Origin: Rotaria sordida
Taxonomy: Eukaryota
Reading direction: 5' to 3'
Assembly (NCBI GenBank): GCA_905250005.1
Contig: CAJNOH010000501.1
Coordinates: 65,509 to 77,787 of the forward strand
Length of the DNA stretch: 12,279 nt
This document shows positions 10,503 to 12,279 of the stretch, one piece after another (positions within the stretch are counted from its first letter, which is position 1; the number at the start of each line of letters is the position of its first letter). The notes under the pieces were generated by a model that worked only from the letters and a program-made list of their open reading frames with translations, had not been told where the DNA came from and searched no databases. A program made the position numbers and the translations under genes.

Positions 10503-12035
10503 CAACAGCTGTATAAATATCAAATGTTCCATTAAGAACCATTAATGTTCCTAACTTCCATTGATCAACAACACATAAAAATGTTCCACCAACAATTTGT
10601 GCAATACCCATAATAAAAATAAATATTGTTTTCCACCAACATCGTTTAGGTTCAATTTCAAATATAAATACCCATACTAAACCTTCACTATACCATTCTT
10701 GATATTCAGCATAAATTTCATTTTTAATTGCATTAAAATGTGTATTCTCAAAACTTGACAATGTTACTTCCCAACTTTCACTACGACAGGTTATTTCATG
10801 TTTATCTTCATCAAATTTACATAATTGATCTCGACTAGCTCCAAGTATTGAATGAACATGTTCAAGATAGACAAGTTCAGCAATACATGATCTATCAGTA
10901 GATGTTTGTGTTGATAATTCATCATGAATTTGAAGAAATTTACGTCGTTCAATTTCATTATTAAGTAATGTTACAGCTATATTCAATTCTTTTATAGCTT
11001 CATTTATTGAATTTTGATCATTTTTTATATAACATAATACTATATTATAATGAAGAATAAAATCTTGTTTATCAAGATTTATTGCTTGTTGATATAATGT
11101 TAATGCACGCTGTTCTCTTTCAAATACATTTTTCATACATAACATTTTAATACCAGCCGTAATTAAATATTTTGGATGAACAATCAATTGACAAAGAACA
11201 TTACATGTTGCATTAGCTATATGTATAGTACGATATTGTTCATTATCTCTATGCCAAGGAAATGAAGTATATGGTTGTGATAATGTTTCTTTCATAGTTG
11301 TAATAGCTAATTCAAGTTTTTGTTCGATTTCATTTGCAAATGCTGAAAAACGTTCATCAGCCGTTGATGCATCTTGATCACAAAATGAACTCCATAATTC
11401 ACGAAGTGAACTAAAACCTGGTTGTAATATATCGTCAGTAAATGAAAGATCATCTTTACGTGAATGAACAACATCAAGAAAACGAACAAGAAGACGATCT
11501 TTTGCTTCAATTCGATTAATTTCTTTAATTGCTTCATTCATATTATTTTTTTCAAATTTATTTCGTTTTTTTTTCCAATATTCTACTAATTGAATTTCAT
11601 CCTCCGAACTATATGATATCACATTATTATATTCTTTATAAATAATTAATCTCGCTGAACCTGGTTGTCCTTGTCGTCCAGCTCGACCAAATGCTTGTTG
11701 TTCAACACGTGAATTATTTGGCATAAATGTAACAATAACATGTAAACCACCATAATTAACAGCAGATGTTAGAATTTTTAAATCAGTTCCACGTCCAGCT
11801 AAATTTGTTGCAACAATTACATCACCTGGATGAACTTCTTCTGGTTTTGTATGTTCATCACTTCGAAGATAAAGTTTTATATTTGAATGTTGACAACTTA
11901 AATAAGATTGAACATCATTTGCATCACGTATTGTTTGACAAATAATTAAAATAGCTCGATGATTAGTAATAGCTATAGTATGACATTCAATACGAATTTT
12001 TTCTAACCATAATTGACGATTATCAGCAAATTGAT
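10503..12035 (-). CDS. SecA-like multidomain protein, internal exon: SecA ATPase motifs, TPR-like helices and start of Gly-rich hydrophobic module
   Basis: Open from QFADNRQLWLEKIRIECHTIAITNHRAILIICQTIRD through VIVATNLAGRGTDLK and GGLHVIVTFMPNNSRVEQQAFGRAGRQGQPGSARL. It extends well upstream of the Met at 11724 used by the ORF track. Confidence 0.88.
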
Positions 12036-12104
12036 CTAAAATAAATCATGATCATATATTAGCAAAAACACAAATAATATTCATTTCGTTTAAATATTAT
12101 TTAC
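12036..12104 (-). other. 69-nt GT-AG intron (phase 1) of the SecA-like gene
   Basis: Minus-strand sequence ...TATTTATCCAA|GTAAATAATATTT...GATTTATTTTAG|ATCAATTTGCTG. It contains in-frame stops and joins ...SIFDIYP-N-QFADNRQL in one frame. Confidence 0.78.
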
Positions 12105-12279
12105 TTGGATAAATATCAAATATACTATCAATATATTTTGGTACAATAATAACATCAATATTATAAACTTTTTTTATAAATTTTTGTGAACTTTTTCCAC
12201 CTAATGTACCAGTTAAACCATATAAATATTTATATTTTTTAAATAAAGTAACATTTGAATAAAATGAATCACACATATG
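12105..12279 (-). CDS. SecA-like multidomain protein, upstream exon, truncated by the window edge
   Basis: Encodes HMCDSFYSNVTLFKKYKYLYGLTGTLGGKSSQKFIKKVYNIDVIIVPKYIDSIFDIYP. This matches the SecA-type segment around bacterial ...GMTGTA...EF..IY.L.VV.VPTN. Confidence 0.82.

Noticed and set aside
11307-11537. 76-aa plus-strand ORF
   Set aside because: Antisense to the SecA-like internal exon; no independent support.
10495-11724. Treating this ORF as a separate complete protein starting at Met 11724
   Set aside because: The reading frame stays open upstream through conserved SecA motifs (ATNLAGRGTDLK...GGLHVIVTF), so Met 11724 is internal, and the 3' end runs into an intron.

Overview
This is an AT-rich eukaryotic window. 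Gene style (intronless rhodopsin-like GPCR, short AT-rich introns of 61 and 69 nt, bacterial-like SecA homolog in a spliced gene) suggests an invertebrate, most likely a bdelloid rotifer; the taxonomy is inference. Supported content: (1) an intact single-exon 7TM GPCR on + (419-1390); (2) an intact family-8-like glycosyltransferase with an N-terminal signal anchor on - (3699-4625); (3) a decayed secretory phospholipase A2-like gene on + (about 7156-7582), absent from the ORF track, with one frameshift, two in-frame stops and Asp->Asn in the HD.CY motif; (4) the 3' part of a large multi-exon gene on - (9258-12279, continuing past the right edge) coding for at least 963 aa. That protein combines a SecA-type ATPase C-terminal motor region, a helical/TPR-like region and a Gly-rich hydrophobic hairpin-like module. 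Two introns reconstructed by hand join three exons in one frame. The SecA-like multidomain protein is the most interesting item. The rest is AT-rich non-coding sequence with homopolymers, simple repeats, a dyad-rich patch near 4742-4873 and some G-rich patches. I found no CRISPR array, tRNA, rRNA or intact transposon.
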